Shown: positions 8,487 to 18,454, numbered from the stretch's first letter. The stretch is DNA of 64,000 bases from Candidatus Latescibacterota bacterium (GCA_965203355.1 OZ241889.1:2208001-2272000); one strand, 5' to 3'. Notes: generated by a model not told the origin, from the letters alone. Program-made: numbers and translations.

Positions 8487-9206
8487 GTGCCAACGCAAAT
8501 TCAGCCCATTGACCACGACTTTGTCGCCCGCACGGTGGGCGAGGGGCCGCCCATACACCGCCACGACCTGCCGCGGGAGCGGCTCTCGCGCTTGGGCCCC
8601 CAGGCACTCAAGGATCAAGAGTTGTTGGCCGTAGCTTTGGGAACGGGGTATCGCGGTCGGCACGTGGTAGATTTGGCTGAGGACATCCTCGCCGATTATC
8701 CCAAGGAATCGCTGGTCGATATGGACTTGGGGCAATTGAGCCGGATCAAGGGGTTGGGCAAGGCCAAGGCCGGGGTTTTGGTCGCGGCGTTTGAGCTGGC
8801 GCGCCGCGGGTTGCACAAGGGCTTGGGGGTGCGGCCGGTGATTAGCGCACCCGGCGACGCGCTGGCCATGCTGTCCGACATCAAGGATCAGCAGCGCGAG
8901 CACTTTCTCTGCTTGTATCTCAACGCCCGCAATCAGGTGATCCACAAGGAAGTCGTGTCGATCGGCAGTCTATCTTCGGCCATCGTGCATCCGCGCGAGG
9001 TCTTTCGCACGGCGGTAGCGCAGGCTGCGGCCAGTGTGATCTTGGCGCACAACCATCCCTCCGGCGATGTATCGCCCAGCCAAGACGACATCAACCTGAC
9101 GCGGCGCTTGGTGCAGGCCGGAGAAATCATGGGCATTGACGTGTTGGACCATCTCATCATCGGCAGCGACGATTTTCTCAGTTTGAAGGAGCGCGGCTTG
9201 ATCTAA
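8487..9206 (+). CDS. radC: RadC (JAB/MPN domain) family protein
   Basis: PRERL, VHPREVF and HNHPSGD..PS..D motifs; GTG start after AAGGAGG. Confidence 0.93.
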   Translation: MPTQIQPIDHDFVARTVGEGPPIHRHDLPRERLSRLGPQALKDQELLAVALGTGYRGRHVVDLAEDILADYPKESLVDMDLGQLSRIKGLGKAKAGVLVAAFELARRGLHKGLGVRPVISAPGDALAMLSDIKDQQREHFLCLYLNARNQVIHKEVVSIGSLSSAIVHPREVFRTAVAQAAASVILAHNHPSGDVSPSQDDINLTRRLVQAGEIMGIDVLDHLIIGSDDFLSLKERGLI

Positions 9207-9282
9207 TAGTAAAATTGTATTTGCTCGGCAAAAGCCTATATTACTGACGAGGACAGCAATTTATACTAAGGGTACGCGAGCG

Positions 9283-9960
9283 ATGAAAGACGAAGGAAGC
9301 CATTTAATTCCGGTGTACATTTTCGATATGTATCCCTATCCAGACGCGGAGCAGGGCTTGGGTATGCCACAGAAGTTCTTGGTTTTGCTCAAAAATAAAG
9401 AAAACAGCGTGGTGCCCATTACGATCGGCCATTTTGAGGGCGAAGCTCTCGTCATGGCGCTCCGCAAAATCGCCTTGCCGCGGCCCCTGCCGCACGACCT
9501 GTTGTGCAACCTGCTCAAGCGAATCGACGCCGTAGTCCACAAGCTGGTGGTCCACACGCTCAAAGAGGATGTTTTCCACGCGTACCTGCTGGTCCAAGCT
9601 CAGGGCCAGCCTTTCTATCTCGACTGTCGTCCCAGCGATGGCATGATCGTCGCCACGCTCTTGGGCATATCGCTCTTTGTGACCCCAGAAGTCATGGAAG
9701 CCGCCGGTCAGTTGCTGGAACACTCGGACGAGCCCACAGCAGCCGAGGACGAACAAGCCGCTGAATCCGCAGCGGACAAAGCGGCTGAGCGCGAGGAAGC
9801 CGCGAAGAAGTCGGAGGCGTTCGTGGATCCGGCGACGGGCGATCCGATAAGCCGATTGGAACAACTCAAGGCGCACTTGGACTGGCTCATCGCTCAAGAG
9901 GCTTACGAGCAGGCAGCCAAGGTCCGCGACCGCATCAGCGAGCTAGAGTCCGAAGACTAG
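9283..9960 (+). CDS. Bifunctional nuclease (DUF151) with C-terminal UVR domain
   Basis: PITIG..E, RPLPHDL and DCRPSD motifs; C-terminal EAYEQAAKVRDRI. Confidence 0.88.
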   Translation: MKDEGSHLIPVYIFDMYPYPDAEQGLGMPQKFLVLLKNKENSVVPITIGHFEGEALVMALRKIALPRPLPHDLLCNLLKRIDAVVHKLVVHTLKEDVFHAYLLVQAQGQPFYLDCRPSDGMIVATLLGISLFVTPEVMEAAGQLLEHSDEPTAAEDEQAAESAADKAAEREEAAKKSEAFVDPATGDPISRLEQLKAHLDWLIAQEAYEQAAKVRDRISELESED

Positions 9961-10033
9961 AGAACACGCTGGCTGCGCTTCGCCCTAACGCTCTTGTACG
10001 GCTGTTGCCGTGCCGGGGCGTTTTTTATGCTAG

Positions 10034-11917
10034 CTAGCGGGTGGCTTGGGTGCGGGCGTGCAGGAAGACCATGAGCGAAGCAATATCCGCGGGCGAAACT
10101 CCAGAGATGCGCGAAGCCTGTCCCAAGGTCTGCGGGCGGACCGCCGCGAGCTTTTGGCGCGCCTCGGTTGAAATGTTCAGCCCGGGCGCGGCGAAGTCAA
10201 AATCGGTCGGTACGCGCAGGGATTCGAGGCGCTTGAGCTTTTGCGCTTGGGTCTCTTGGCGCTTGATGTACCCCGCGTATTTGATCTCGGCCTCGACGTG
10301 TTCGGCCGCGTCCGGCGAGAGGGGCTGTGGCGGTGGGGCGAATTCGCAGAGGTGGTCGTAGTTGAGTTGAGGACGGCGCAACAACTCGGCGAGCGAGGTC
10401 GATTCAGCGATGGGAGCGGTGCCCTGCCGAGCCAAGACCTCTCGCACCTTTTCGGTCGGTTTGACGCGCTCGTGCTGTAGGCGTTCGCGTTCGGTGGCGA
10501 CTTGTCGCTGCTTGGTTTGAAACTGACGCCACAGGTCATCGCCGATCAGCCCTAGTGCCCGGCCCTTGGCCATCAGGCGGTCGTCGGCGTTGTCCTCGCG
10601 CAAGAGCAGTCGGTGCTCAGCGCGCGAGGTGAAGATGCGATACGGCTCTAGCGTCCCTTTGGTCACGAGGTCGTCGATGAGGACGCCGATGTACGCATCG
10701 GCCCGCGTAAGTACCAGCGGATCGTTTCCGCGTGCCTTGAGCACCGCGTTGATGCCTGCCATGATCCCTTGCGCTGCGGCTTCTTCATAGCCCGTGGTGC
10801 CGTTGATCTGACCCGCGAAGAAGAGATTGGCCACGCGCTTGGTCTCTAGATGTGGATAAAGCTGGGTCGGCGGGGCGTAATCGTATTCGACGGCGTACGC
10901 CGGGCGTAGGATCTCGGCCCGTTCGAGGCCGGGCAGAGAGCGCACGACCTGGGGTTGTAGGGTCTCCGGCAGGCTCATCGACAGACCGTTGAGATAAAAC
11001 TCGAGCGTGCGCCGCCCTTCTGGCTCGACGAAAACTTGGTGTCGTTCCTTGTCGGCAAAGCGCGCGATTTTGTCCTCTATGGAGGGGCAGTAGCGCGGGC
11101 CGATGCCCTCAATGCGCCCGCTGTACATGGCTGAACGCGACAGGTTGTCTTGGACGATCGCGTGGGTGTGGGCGTTGGTGTAGGTGATCCAGCAGGGCAT
11201 TTGCGGCTGGGTAATTTTTGGCACCGCATAGGAAAAGGGGCGCGGCGGGTCGTCGCCGGGCTGTTGCTCAAACGCAGCAAAGTCGAGGGTGCGGCCATTG
11301 ACGCGCGGCGGAGTGCCGGTTTTGAGGCGCCCGGTTTCAAAGCCGAGTGCGACCAAGCCCTCGGCGGCCTTTTCGGCGGCCGTTTCGCCGGCCCGTCCTG
11401 CGCTATAGGAGAAATCGCCGACGTGAATCTTGCCGCGCAGAAAGGTGCCGGTCGTGAGGATGACGGTGCGGCTGCGGTAGGCGATACCGCCCTTGACGCC
11501 GATGCCTTGAACGGTTCCGTCCTCGATTAGCAAGGACTCCATCAGGCCCTGGCGGATGTCGAGATGCTCCTGCTGTTCGCAGGTGTACTTTAGCTCAAAT
11601 TGGTAGTCCTTTTTGTCGGCTTGGGCGCGCGAGGCGCGGACGGCTGGCCCGCGCGAGGTGTTGAGGCGGCGGAACTGGATGCCGGTGCGGTCGATGTTGA
11701 CGGCCATCTGGCCGCCGAGCGCGTCGATTTCTTTGACGATGTGTCCCTTGCCAATCCCGCCGATCGCCGGGTTGCACGATAGCTGGCCAATGGTGTCCAA
11801 GTTCATGGTCAGGAGCAGGGTCTCGGCTCCCATGCGCGCCGCAGCGAGCGCGGCCTCGGTGCCGGCGTGGCCACCGCCGACGACGATGACTTGGTACGCT
11901 TTGTCGTAGAAAATCAC
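10034..11917 (-). CDS. mnmG: tRNA uridine-5-carboxymethylaminomethyl modification enzyme MnmG
   Basis: [32 protein letters not shown] and [12 protein letters not shown] motifs. Confidence 0.97.
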   Translation of the reverse strand: MIFYDKAYQVIVVGGGHAGTEAALAAARMGAETLLLTMNLDTIGQLSCNPAIGGIGKGHIVKEIDALGGQMAVNIDRTGIQFRRLNTSRGPAVRASRAQADKKDYQFELKYTCEQQEHLDIRQGLMESLLIEDGTVQGIGVKGGIAYRSRTVILTTGTFLRGKIHVGDFSYSAGRAGETAAEKAAEGLVALGFETGRLKTGTPPRVNGRTLDFAAFEQQPGDDPPRPFSYAVPKITQPQMPCWITYTNAHTHAIVQDNLSRSAMYSGRIEGIGPRYCPSIEDKIARFADKERHQVFVEPEGRRTLEFYLNGLSMSLPETLQPQVVRSLPGLERAEILRPAYAVEYDYAPPTQLYPHLETKRVANLFFAGQINGTTGYEEAAAQGIMAGINAVLKARGNDPLVLTRADAYIGVLIDDLVTKGTLEPYRIFTSRAEHRLLLREDNADDRLMAKGRALGLIGDDLWRQFQTKQRQVATERERLQHERVKPTEKVREVLARQGTAPIAESTSLAELLRRPQLNYDHLCEFAPPPQPLSPDAAEHVEAEIKYAGYIKRQETQAQKLKRLESLRVPTDFDFAAPGLNISTEARQKLAAVRPQTLGQASRISGVSPADIASLMVFLHARTQATR

Positions 11918-12195
11918 GGTCGTTTATGCGCGGTGAGGATGCGGTCGCCTTGCTCTGCGGCCTCGCGCAAGAGCGTTTGCAACACATCTTCCGGGGAGCC
12001 AGCGCGCTCTTGCTTTGCGGACCAGTGCCACTGGTCTAGATAGGCGTCGGTGCCCACTAGTCCCTCCTGCATGGCGATGCGGTCGATTGCAAGCTGGAAG
12101 CGGGCGGGCAGGGGGTGCGAACTCGGCCGACGGCCAGCAAAGAGTTTGATTTGCGCGGGAATGTCGCGCCAATAGAGGACTTGGTATTGAATCAT
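11914..12195 (-). CDS. Small 'virulence factor' (Virulence_fact-like) family protein of methyl-transfer operons
   Basis: YWRDIPAQ...RF..AIDR.AM...DAYL..W pattern; overlaps both neighbouring genes by 4 nt. Confidence 0.75.
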   Translation of the reverse strand: MIQYQVLYWRDIPAQIKLFAGRRPSSHPLPARFQLAIDRIAMQEGLVGTDAYLDQWHWSAKQERAGSPEDVLQTLLREAAEQGDRILTAHKRP

Positions 12196-13181
12196 GCGTC
12201 GAGTGCTCGGCGAAAGGCGCGGATGTGATCGGGTGTAGTGCCGCAGCAGCCGCCGATGATCTGGACGCCGGATGCCGCTAAGTCTGGGACGTACGCGGCC
12301 ATTTCCTCGGGGTTCTGCGAGTAGATGGTGCGGAGGGCACTGTTGAGCCGGGGCATACCGGCGTTGGGATAGGTCATCAGTTTCTTGTTGAGGCCGCGTT
12401 CCTGCATGGCGGCCTTAAACTGCTCAACGCCGCCGAGGGCGTACGGCATGCCCGTGTGCTCGCTACGCCGGGTTTCAGCCCCGCAGTTGACCCCGACGAG
12501 GTGGACGTAGTCGAGGAGGTTATCGCCGCCGGCGTATTGGCCCGAAGCGAGTACGTCCAACAGGTCGGCGGCCGAGTGCCCCCAATCGGTGCGATAGACG
12601 ACCTGCTTGCTTTTGCGGTCTTGCGTGTATTTGAGCGCGAGGTTGACGGCAATGGGCAGGCCGGTCTGACGGGCGATGTTGCAGACCATGGCCGCTTCGA
12701 CGGCTGAGAACTGGGTTTCAACCGAAAAAAAATCGACTCCCCCTTCATACAGCGCGTCGATGATGCGCTGATGCGCGGCGCGGACCTCGTCGTTGGCAAT
12801 GCCGAAATCCGTACTGCCGGCGTCGGCCTCAATAGCGCCAGGGGAGGGGCCGATGGAGCCAGCGATGAAAACATCCCGCGCGCCGAGTTCCCGGGCGCGT
12901 TGTGCCAGCTCGGCTCCGCGCCGGGCCAGCCCCCCGGCTTGGGCCGGGTCTTTCCCGGCCATCGCGAGATGCAGTTCCGAGGCGACAAAGGTGTTGGTGC
13001 CAATGCAGTCGGCACCAGCGGCGATGTAGTCGGTGTGGATATCGACGACCGCCTCTGGGTGGCTTTCGTTGGCGAGGGTGGAGTTGGTCAGTTCGACTTG
13101 GCGGGCGAAAAGCTGGGAGCCAAAACCACCGTCGTATAAGAGGGGGCGCGGGTCGGCGAGGCGCTGGAGGAAAGAGGACAC
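12192..13181 (-). CDS. Stand-alone homocysteine S-methyltransferase domain protein
   Basis: DGGFGSQL, TNTF, GSIGP, Zn ligands GVNC and GGCCGT, and YPNAG; GTG start at 13181. Confidence 0.88.
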   Translation of the reverse strand: MSSFLQRLADPRPLLYDGGFGSQLFARQVELTNSTLANESHPEAVVDIHTDYIAAGADCIGTNTFVASELHLAMAGKDPAQAGGLARRGAELAQRARELGARDVFIAGSIGPSPGAIEADAGSTDFGIANDEVRAAHQRIIDALYEGGVDFFSVETQFSAVEAAMVCNIARQTGLPIAVNLALKYTQDRKSKQVVYRTDWGHSAADLLDVLASGQYAGGDNLLDYVHLVGVNCGAETRRSEHTGMPYALGGVEQFKAAMQERGLNKKLMTYPNAGMPRLNSALRTIYSQNPEEMAAYVPDLAASGVQIIGGCCGTTPDHIRAFRRALDA

Positions 13182-13195
13182 AGATGGGTCTCCGT

Positions 13196-14113
13196 CTAGG
13201 ATAGGGTGTCGGGGCGGGAGTCGCGGAACAGCCATTTGAGCAAGTGTTGGCCAAAGTCTGGCGCAAGTCGCGGTACGTGCGCGCCTTGCTCTATGGTCCA
13301 CAACTCGATGGTGACGTCGTTGCGGCAGCCCGTGCGGTAGCGGGTGCGGACCGTCTCAGGGCCATCAATGCCTTGGTCGAGGTCGAGCGGGCGGAGCGTT
13401 TCTGGATCGGTGAGGTCGCAGCGGGCAAGTGCCGCCCAGCGCAAGGCGACTTCTTCTGCGCCGGCGTACTCGTGCTCGCCCGCGCTACCGTCGTAGGCCA
13501 CGGTCTCGTCGGCTGTGCCGTGGATTTGCAGCACTGAGACCGGCGATGCGAAAGCGCAATGGGAGGGGTCACTGAAGGAGGTGCCAGCGAGACTGGCAAT
13601 CGCCACCAAGCCCGGGAGGCCTTCGCAGGCGAGCCGGTAGGACATAAAGCCGCCGTTGGAGTGCCCGAGGGCGAAGATGCGCTCTACAGCGATATGCGTA
13701 GCGGCTTCTTCAAGTAGCCCGGAAAGGTACTGCACGTCGTCAACTTGGGTGTTGTGGAGGTCGCAGCAGAAGTCCGTGGCGTTCCAGAAGCGATGGCCAT
13801 CGGGGTCGTGCGTACCGTTGGCCATGATGAGGGCGAAGCGGTCGGCGTTCACCCGCTTTGAGAGGCCGAAATAGCGGTCGTGCTGAGCCGAGTGGCTGGT
13901 GAAGCCGTGCAAGCTGAGCACGACCGGGATCGGCGTTGCGGGGTCGTGATGGGCTGGGAGGATCAAGGGGGCCGGGCGTTGGCCGCCCAAGGTGTGGACG
14001 ATGTGATCTTCGCTCAAATGGGCAACCCATTCGGTATGGGATATTTCTTGGCTACAGGCGATGAGGGTCAACGACAGCAGAGCCGCAAGGATACAGATTT
14101 TGTCGTTCCGCAT
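13196..14113 (-). CDS. Lipoprotein alpha/beta-hydrolase (LpqC/PHB-depolymerase-like esterase)
   Basis: Lipobox LIAC; LHG, DDV, GHSNGG and HGTAD motifs; AAGGAGG RBS. Confidence 0.85.
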   Translation of the reverse strand: MRNDKICILAALLSLTLIACSQEISHTEWVAHLSEDHIVHTLGGQRPAPLILPAHHDPATPIPVVLSLHGFTSHSAQHDRYFGLSKRVNADRFALIMANGTHDPDGHRFWNATDFCCDLHNTQVDDVQYLSGLLEEAATHIAVERIFALGHSNGGFMSYRLACEGLPGLVAIASLAGTSFSDPSHCAFASPVSVLQIHGTADETVAYDGSAGEHEYAGAEEVALRWAALARCDLTDPETLRPLDLDQGIDGPETVRTRYRTGCRNDVTIELWTIEQGAHVPRLAPDFGQHLLKWLFRDSRPDTLS

Positions 14114-14314
14114 ATGGCCCCTCCTTTCCGGTTGCAAGCTACAGAGCGACGGCAACAAAACCCGCTCGAGATTTTTTCGCGGCAATTGATTGCCGATAAG
14201 ATGCCCTTATCGTTGACGCGGCAGCTCGCCACACACGGGGCAAGGCCCATGCCATTCACCAGCCCCGGCGGGGCGAAAGGCCCAGCGCGGTTAGCCGCTG
14301 AAACAGCCCGGTCT

Positions 14315-14596
14315 TTAGCCCGGCAAGCGCGCCAAAATCAGGGTGCCGAGGGCTAGCAGGGTGGCTATTTGCATGCCGACCAGCCAGCGCGTGAGCGAGT
14401 CAAAGCGGGCGTTGGTCTGGCGGCCTTGCTCGGCGATGGCTTGCCGCAGTTCGCGGCCTTGCTCTTCGATGGCTTTTTCAAGACGGTCAAAGCGGGCGTT
14501 GGTCTGGCGGCCCTGTTCGATTAGTTGCTCGGCGATGCCTTCCAGCCTTCCAATGCGTCGGTCGTGGTCTTGGGCTTGTGTAATCGGTTCGTTCAT
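14315..14596 (-). CDS. Small coiled-coil protein with C-terminal membrane anchor (DUF1640/CCDC90-like), copy A
   Basis: 93 aa; heptad repeats with EQGRQTNARFD twice; tail TRWLVGMQIATLLALGTLIL; AAGGAG RBS. Confidence 0.75.
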   Translation of the reverse strand: MNEPITQAQDHDRRIGRLEGIAEQLIEQGRQTNARFDRLEKAIEEQGRELRQAIAEQGRQTNARFDSLTRWLVGMQIATLLALGTLILARLPG

Positions 14597-14737
14597 AGGG
14601 TGTTCTCCTTTACTTTGCGCTCGGCGGCCTTGACACGCGGCCAGCCCGAATCGACACCACGGCGGAGCACTTCGGCCAACGAAAGCCCGTATTGGTCGGC
14701 CAGCCCTTCCACGCGGGTTTTGGTCTCGGCGTCCAGC
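14593..14737 (-). pseudogene. 5'-truncated copy of the RHH/CopG-like gene
   Basis: LDAETKTRVEGLADQYGLSLAEVLR matches the 14990-15211 protein but lacks its start. Confidence 0.7.
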
Positions 14738-14756
14738 CGCTGAAACAGCCCGGTCT

Positions 14757-14993
14757 TTAGCCCGGCAAGCGCGACAAAATCAGGGTGCCGAGGGCTAACA
14801 GGGTGGCTATTTGCATGCCGACCAGCCAGCGCGTCAGCGAGTCAATGCGGCGACCTTGTTCTTGGATGGCTTGCCGCAGTTCGGCAATGCCTCGCTCAAT
14901 GTTGTCCAAGCGGTGCGTGAGCTGCTCGGTGATACCTTCCAGCCGTCCAATACGGCGGTCGTGGTCTTGGGCTTGTGTAATCGGTTCGTTCAT
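14757..14993 (-). CDS. Small coiled-coil protein with C-terminal membrane anchor, copy B
   Basis: 78 aa; N- and C-termini nearly identical to copy A, with a shorter and different stalk. Confidence 0.75.
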   Translation of the reverse strand: MNEPITQAQDHDRRIGRLEGITEQLTHRLDNIERGIAELRQAIQEQGRRIDSLTRWLVGMQIATLLALGTLILSRLPG

Positions 14994-15211
14994 AGGGTGT
15001 TCTCCTTTGCCTTGTGTCGCACGGCCTTGACACGCGGCCAGCCCGAATCGATACCACAGCGGAGCACTTCGGCCAACGAAAGCCCGTATTGGTCGGCCAG
15101 CCCTTCCACGCGGGTTTTGGTCTCGGCGTCTAGCTTAACGCCCATCTGCCGGGCATAATGGACTTGTCGGTGCGCCTTGCGCTGGCCTAAAGCATCTCGT
15201 TCAAAGCTCAT
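14990..15211 (-). CDS. Ribbon-helix-helix (CopG-like) DNA-binding protein
   Basis: MGVKLDAETKTRVEGLADQYGLSLAEVLRCGI has a strand-helix-G.S-helix pattern; GGGAG RBS; ATGA overlap with the downstream gene. Confidence 0.65.
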   Translation of the reverse strand: MSFERDALGQRKAHRQVHYARQMGVKLDAETKTRVEGLADQYGLSLAEVLRCGIDSGWPRVKAVRHKAKENTL

Positions 15212-15247
15212 TAAAAAAACTCCCGGCGGCCTTGCATTCACAAAGAG

Positions 15248-15276
15248 AGTGTCGCGGCGGGCGACTACATTGTCAA
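15248..15276 (-). promoter_or_regulatory. Sigma70-type promoter for the RHH/coiled-coil cassette
   Basis: TTGACA, 17-nt spacer, GACACT. Confidence 0.5.
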
Positions 15277-15322
15277 GACGCGCTTCACGCCTCGCGTGAT
15301 ACTAACTGTATATTGGTAGTTG

Positions 15323-15459
15323 CTAGTTATCCTCTTCCGTCCAGCTTCGGAGTTGGTCAAGGGCTTTTTCGAAGTCTTCGATGGCTTTTTGTCGACCTCT
15401 GTTTGGGCTAGGCTCTGGTTTGCTGTTAGCAGGATAGCGAGTAGTGCTGTTACAGCCAT
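15323..15459 (-). pseudogene. Frameshifted remnant of a secreted-protein gene
   Basis: AGGAG RBS, signal-like MAVTALLAILLTANQSLAQ, then a shift at an A-run into AIEDFEKALDQLRSW. Confidence 0.3.
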
Positions 15460-15600
15460 TGTCTTGTCTCCTGAGCGTGTGAGAAGTGGTCTCCGGGTGG
15501 CTGGCCTCAAGCTCCGGCTGTGAATTGTTCCTGTGAACATTTCGCGCTCCCCGCACTCTCGCCGCTGGCTGCGCTAAGCAGGCCAATAATGACCAACGGA

Positions 15601-16629
15601 CTAGGCCGCGAGTTCGCCCTTGCGATAGGCGCGCAGGAAGGCGGCGCAGTACTCGTCGCGGCCCAGCAGCATGTCCTCGGCGAGTTGGTAGGGACGGGCT
15701 TGGCGGTCCGCGGCAAAGAGGTCGGCCAGTGAGGTAGTCGTCGGGTCCATGATCGCGCTGTCGGCACCGGCTTCGACGGCTAGCAGCAGGAAAACATCGT
15801 TGATCAAGTGGCGACAGGGCAGGCCGAAGGAGACGTTGGAGAAGCCGCCGGTAATGTGGACCTCGGCGCCCAATTCGCCGCGCAGTTGGCGGATGGCGTC
15901 AAAAGCGTGGTGGCCGAATTGTGCGTCAACCGAGATGGGGAAGATCAGGGGATCAATGTATAAGTCGGTGAGCGACAGCCCCAAGGCGAGGGCCTTGTCA
16001 ACCATTTGCCGGGCGTGATCGACCCGCTCTTGTGCATTTTGCGGCATGCCGGACTCGCCGGCCGCGGTGATGACGACTTGGGCGTTGTATCGTTTGGCCA
16101 GTGCCAGGGCTTCAGGCCGCTCTAAGGATGCGGAGTTGAGCAGTAGGCGTTGGGGGTGGTCGGCACCGGCTTCGAGGCCGACAGCGAGGGTGTCTAGCTG
16201 GGAGGAGTCAATGGCTAGGGGCGTGGTTGACAAGGCCGATACCGTCTGGACCAACCAACGCATGGCCTCTTGTTGCTCTATGGGCTTGATCGAGATCTCA
16301 TCGACATTGAGGTCGAGAAAATCGGTGCCGGCCGCTTCTTGACGCTGCACTTGGCGGCCGAGGTAGCCGAGGGCAGTCGCGTTGCCAAGCATGGCTTGTT
16401 GCACGGCGATCTTGAGGTGTTTGATGCGGCCTTCCTCGTAGTCTTGGGTTGTTTTGACTGCGGCGGGAATTTGGAGGAAGCAGCGCTTGTTGTCGGCGTC
16501 GCGGAAGCGCACGGATTCGGCGCCTTGGGGGTCTGGGCCGATGAGCTTGCCCTTGCGCAAGACGACGCGGGTGGTGTGGATGTTTTCGCCGATGACGACA
16601 AAGGGACGGCCCGTACCGGGGATGTTCAT
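15601..16629 (-). CDS. Methyltetrahydrofolate:corrinoid methyltransferase (pterin-binding, AcsE/MeTr-like)
   Basis: IGENI, LDLNV, IDSS, LNS, IDPL and SNVSFGLP motifs. Confidence 0.88.
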   Translation of the reverse strand: MNIPGTGRPFVVIGENIHTTRVVLRKGKLIGPDPQGAESVRFRDADNKRCFLQIPAAVKTTQDYEEGRIKHLKIAVQQAMLGNATALGYLGRQVQRQEAAGTDFLDLNVDEISIKPIEQQEAMRWLVQTVSALSTTPLAIDSSQLDTLAVGLEAGADHPQRLLLNSASLERPEALALAKRYNAQVVITAAGESGMPQNAQERVDHARQMVDKALALGLSLTDLYIDPLIFPISVDAQFGHHAFDAIRQLRGELGAEVHITGGFSNVSFGLPCRHLINDVFLLLAVEAGADSAIMDPTTTSLADLFAADRQARPYQLAEDMLLGRDEYCAAFLRAYRKGELAA

Positions 16630-16841
16630 AAGAGTTCCGTGTTTGTTTGTACGTGAAATGGGTGATTAAGACGGGCGTTGTTGCACGAAGCGGTGATCGC
16701 TTACAGTCTAAAAAAATAGGCGTTTGTACCCGTGCTTACAACCCCAACTAGCGCGTCGTAAGTCGGCTATTCCTGATACTGTCAGGGGCCAAGCAGAACG
16801 TCGCGTAGTATCTCTCGTCGTACTGCTTCGCTAGTCGCGTT

Positions 16842-18452
16842 TTACTGGGAATCTTTCTTGTTTCCCCGGTGATCTTTTTGCAAAAAGGCGTTGGTCCAAG
16901 CGCTGGTTCCTTGTAGGGCGGCGTCCTTGATAACGGCGCCGCCGCCGAGCATTTGCTCCTCTTCGCCATAGGCTTTGAGGCGGTCGTATGCCCGGGCCCA
17001 AATGCAGTCCTTGTCGCCGACTTCGCACTTGCCTTGGCGCGTACCACCGCAGGGGCCGTTGCGCTGGTTTTTGACGCACTGCGATTCCGGGCACAAATAG
17101 GCGATATCCGGCAGCGAGCAATCGCCGCAGTCGCGGCAGTCAAAAGCGGCGATTTTGAGCGCGTGCTCGGCCGCGTGGAAGAGCTGGGCGACTTTGGGCC
17201 GCTTGGTTAGAGCGCGGGCGAGTTGAGCACCGGCGCGAAAACCCGCGCTGTCGGGTGCAAAGACGCGGTCGTGGATGCGGCGATTTAGCTTGTAGCTCAG
17301 GGGTAGGCGAGTGCGTGCCTGGCGGCAGGCGGCTTGCTCCTTGGAGGCGCGGTAGGCGCGGTTGATGGTAGTAGAACTGAGCCCGGTGTCGCCTTGGGGT
17401 TCAAAAAAGTAGAATTCGTCGGCAAAGGAGAAGCAGAGTTCCTTGGCAAAATCGCGCCAATCGTCTTCCGAGTAGGTCGCTGCGAGCGCGAGGATTTTTT
17501 CGTAGTCGCCGTATTGTAGATGCCCGCCGAGATAAGCCCCCCGGTATCCGAGGCCCTTGGCGATGGCGTACTGCTTGGCGGCCAGTTCCAAGAAAAACGC
17601 CCGGCCCTTGTCGTTGGCTCGGGTCTGCCTTTCGACGACGGCCATCAGTTCGTCGGTGACTTCAACCCCGGGAATGTGGCCCTTGTGGAAGAAGCGCGCC
17701 GCCGACCGCGAAAGCACGTACACGTTGGCGATGACCGGGACCTCGAGACCGCACCAGGCCATGTATTTGAGCAACTCGTCCTGCTTGCGTGCGTCGTAGC
17801 CGATCTGGCTAATGACAAAAGCCGCGCCGACGTGGATTTTTTTGGCCAGCTTGAAGTATTGGGGCATGACTTCGCGCTCGTAGCGTTTGTGGTTGTTGAC
17901 TACGGCCCCCAGATAAAAATCCGTAGCCTCCATGCGCTGGCTCTGCTTGCCTTTTTTTATTTTTAGGCCCGCGTTCATGGCGGCGAACATTTCGAGCAGG
18001 CCGACCGAGTCGAGGTCGAAGACCCCACCGGCCGTGCCTTGATAGCCGCTGATGGGGTAGTCGCCGGATAGGGCGAGGATGTTGTTGAAGCCTTCGCTGG
18101 CCAGTTGCCAAGCGCGGCCTTGCAACGCGTTGCGGTTCCAGTCCTTGCAGGAGAGGTGGATGATGACGTCTTGGCCGCGCGAGATCAGGTCTGTGCCGAG
18201 GGTGTCTGGGTTGATCATGGCGTTGCCCCCGGGGTTGTCGGTGATGCTCAGGGCGTGGAATTGCGGGTGCTCGGCGAGGCGGCGGGCGAGGGCGAGGACC
18301 TGGCGGCCGTCGCGCTCGGTGATCAAGCCGCGCGAGGTCACTAACTCGACGATGTGGACGAAGGTGTCGGTGGCTTCGAGCAAATAGCGCAGAGGTTTCT
18401 TCTGCCAGGCACCCGAGTAGCGGGGGGGTGGATGGGGCGCGGTCCGGGACAT
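16842..18452 (-). CDS. metF: Methylenetetrahydrofolate reductase with fused C-terminal Cys-rich (MetV-like) domain
   Basis: TDNPGG, HLSCKDWNR, LSGD and FDLDS motifs; C-terminal CRDCGDC...CP...C.K..RNGPCGG...CE....C.W. Confidence 0.87.
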   Translation of the reverse strand: MSRTAPHPPPRYSGAWQKKPLRYLLEATDTFVHIVELVTSRGLITERDGRQVLALARRLAEHPQFHALSITDNPGGNAMINPDTLGTDLISRGQDVIIHLSCKDWNRNALQGRAWQLASEGFNNILALSGDYPISGYQGTAGGVFDLDSVGLLEMFAAMNAGLKIKKGKQSQRMEATDFYLGAVVNNHKRYEREVMPQYFKLAKKIHVGAAFVISQIGYDARKQDELLKYMAWCGLEVPVIANVYVLSRSAARFFHKGHIPGVEVTDELMAVVERQTRANDKGRAFFLELAAKQYAIAKGLGYRGAYLGGHLQYGDYEKILALAATYSEDDWRDFAKELCFSFADEFYFFEPQGDTGLSSTTINRAYRASKEQAACRQARTRLPLSYKLNRRIHDRVFAPDSAGFRAGAQLARALTKRPKVAQLFHAAEHALKIAAFDCRDCGDCSLPDIAYLCPESQCVKNQRNGPCGGTRQGKCEVGDKDCIWARAYDRLKAYGEEEQMLGGGAVIKDAALQGTSAWTNAFLQKDHRGNKKDSQ

Positions 18453-18454
18453 GG

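Larger units (their letters stand above)
14293..15134. repeat. Tandem duplication (copies 14293-14737 and 14735-15134)
   Basis: Both copies begin AGCCGCTGAAACAGCCCGGTCTTTAG and share near-identical flanks; the coiled-coil middles differ. Confidence 0.92.

Noticed and set aside
8487-9206. radC as a marker of a mobile element
   Set aside because: It is the full-length chromosomal type with N-terminal HhH region, host-like composition and housekeeping neighbours.
16630-16841. Possible sRNA or gene remnant between metF and the MeTr-like gene
   Set aside because: No convincing stems, RBS-supported ORF or recognisable motif by eye.
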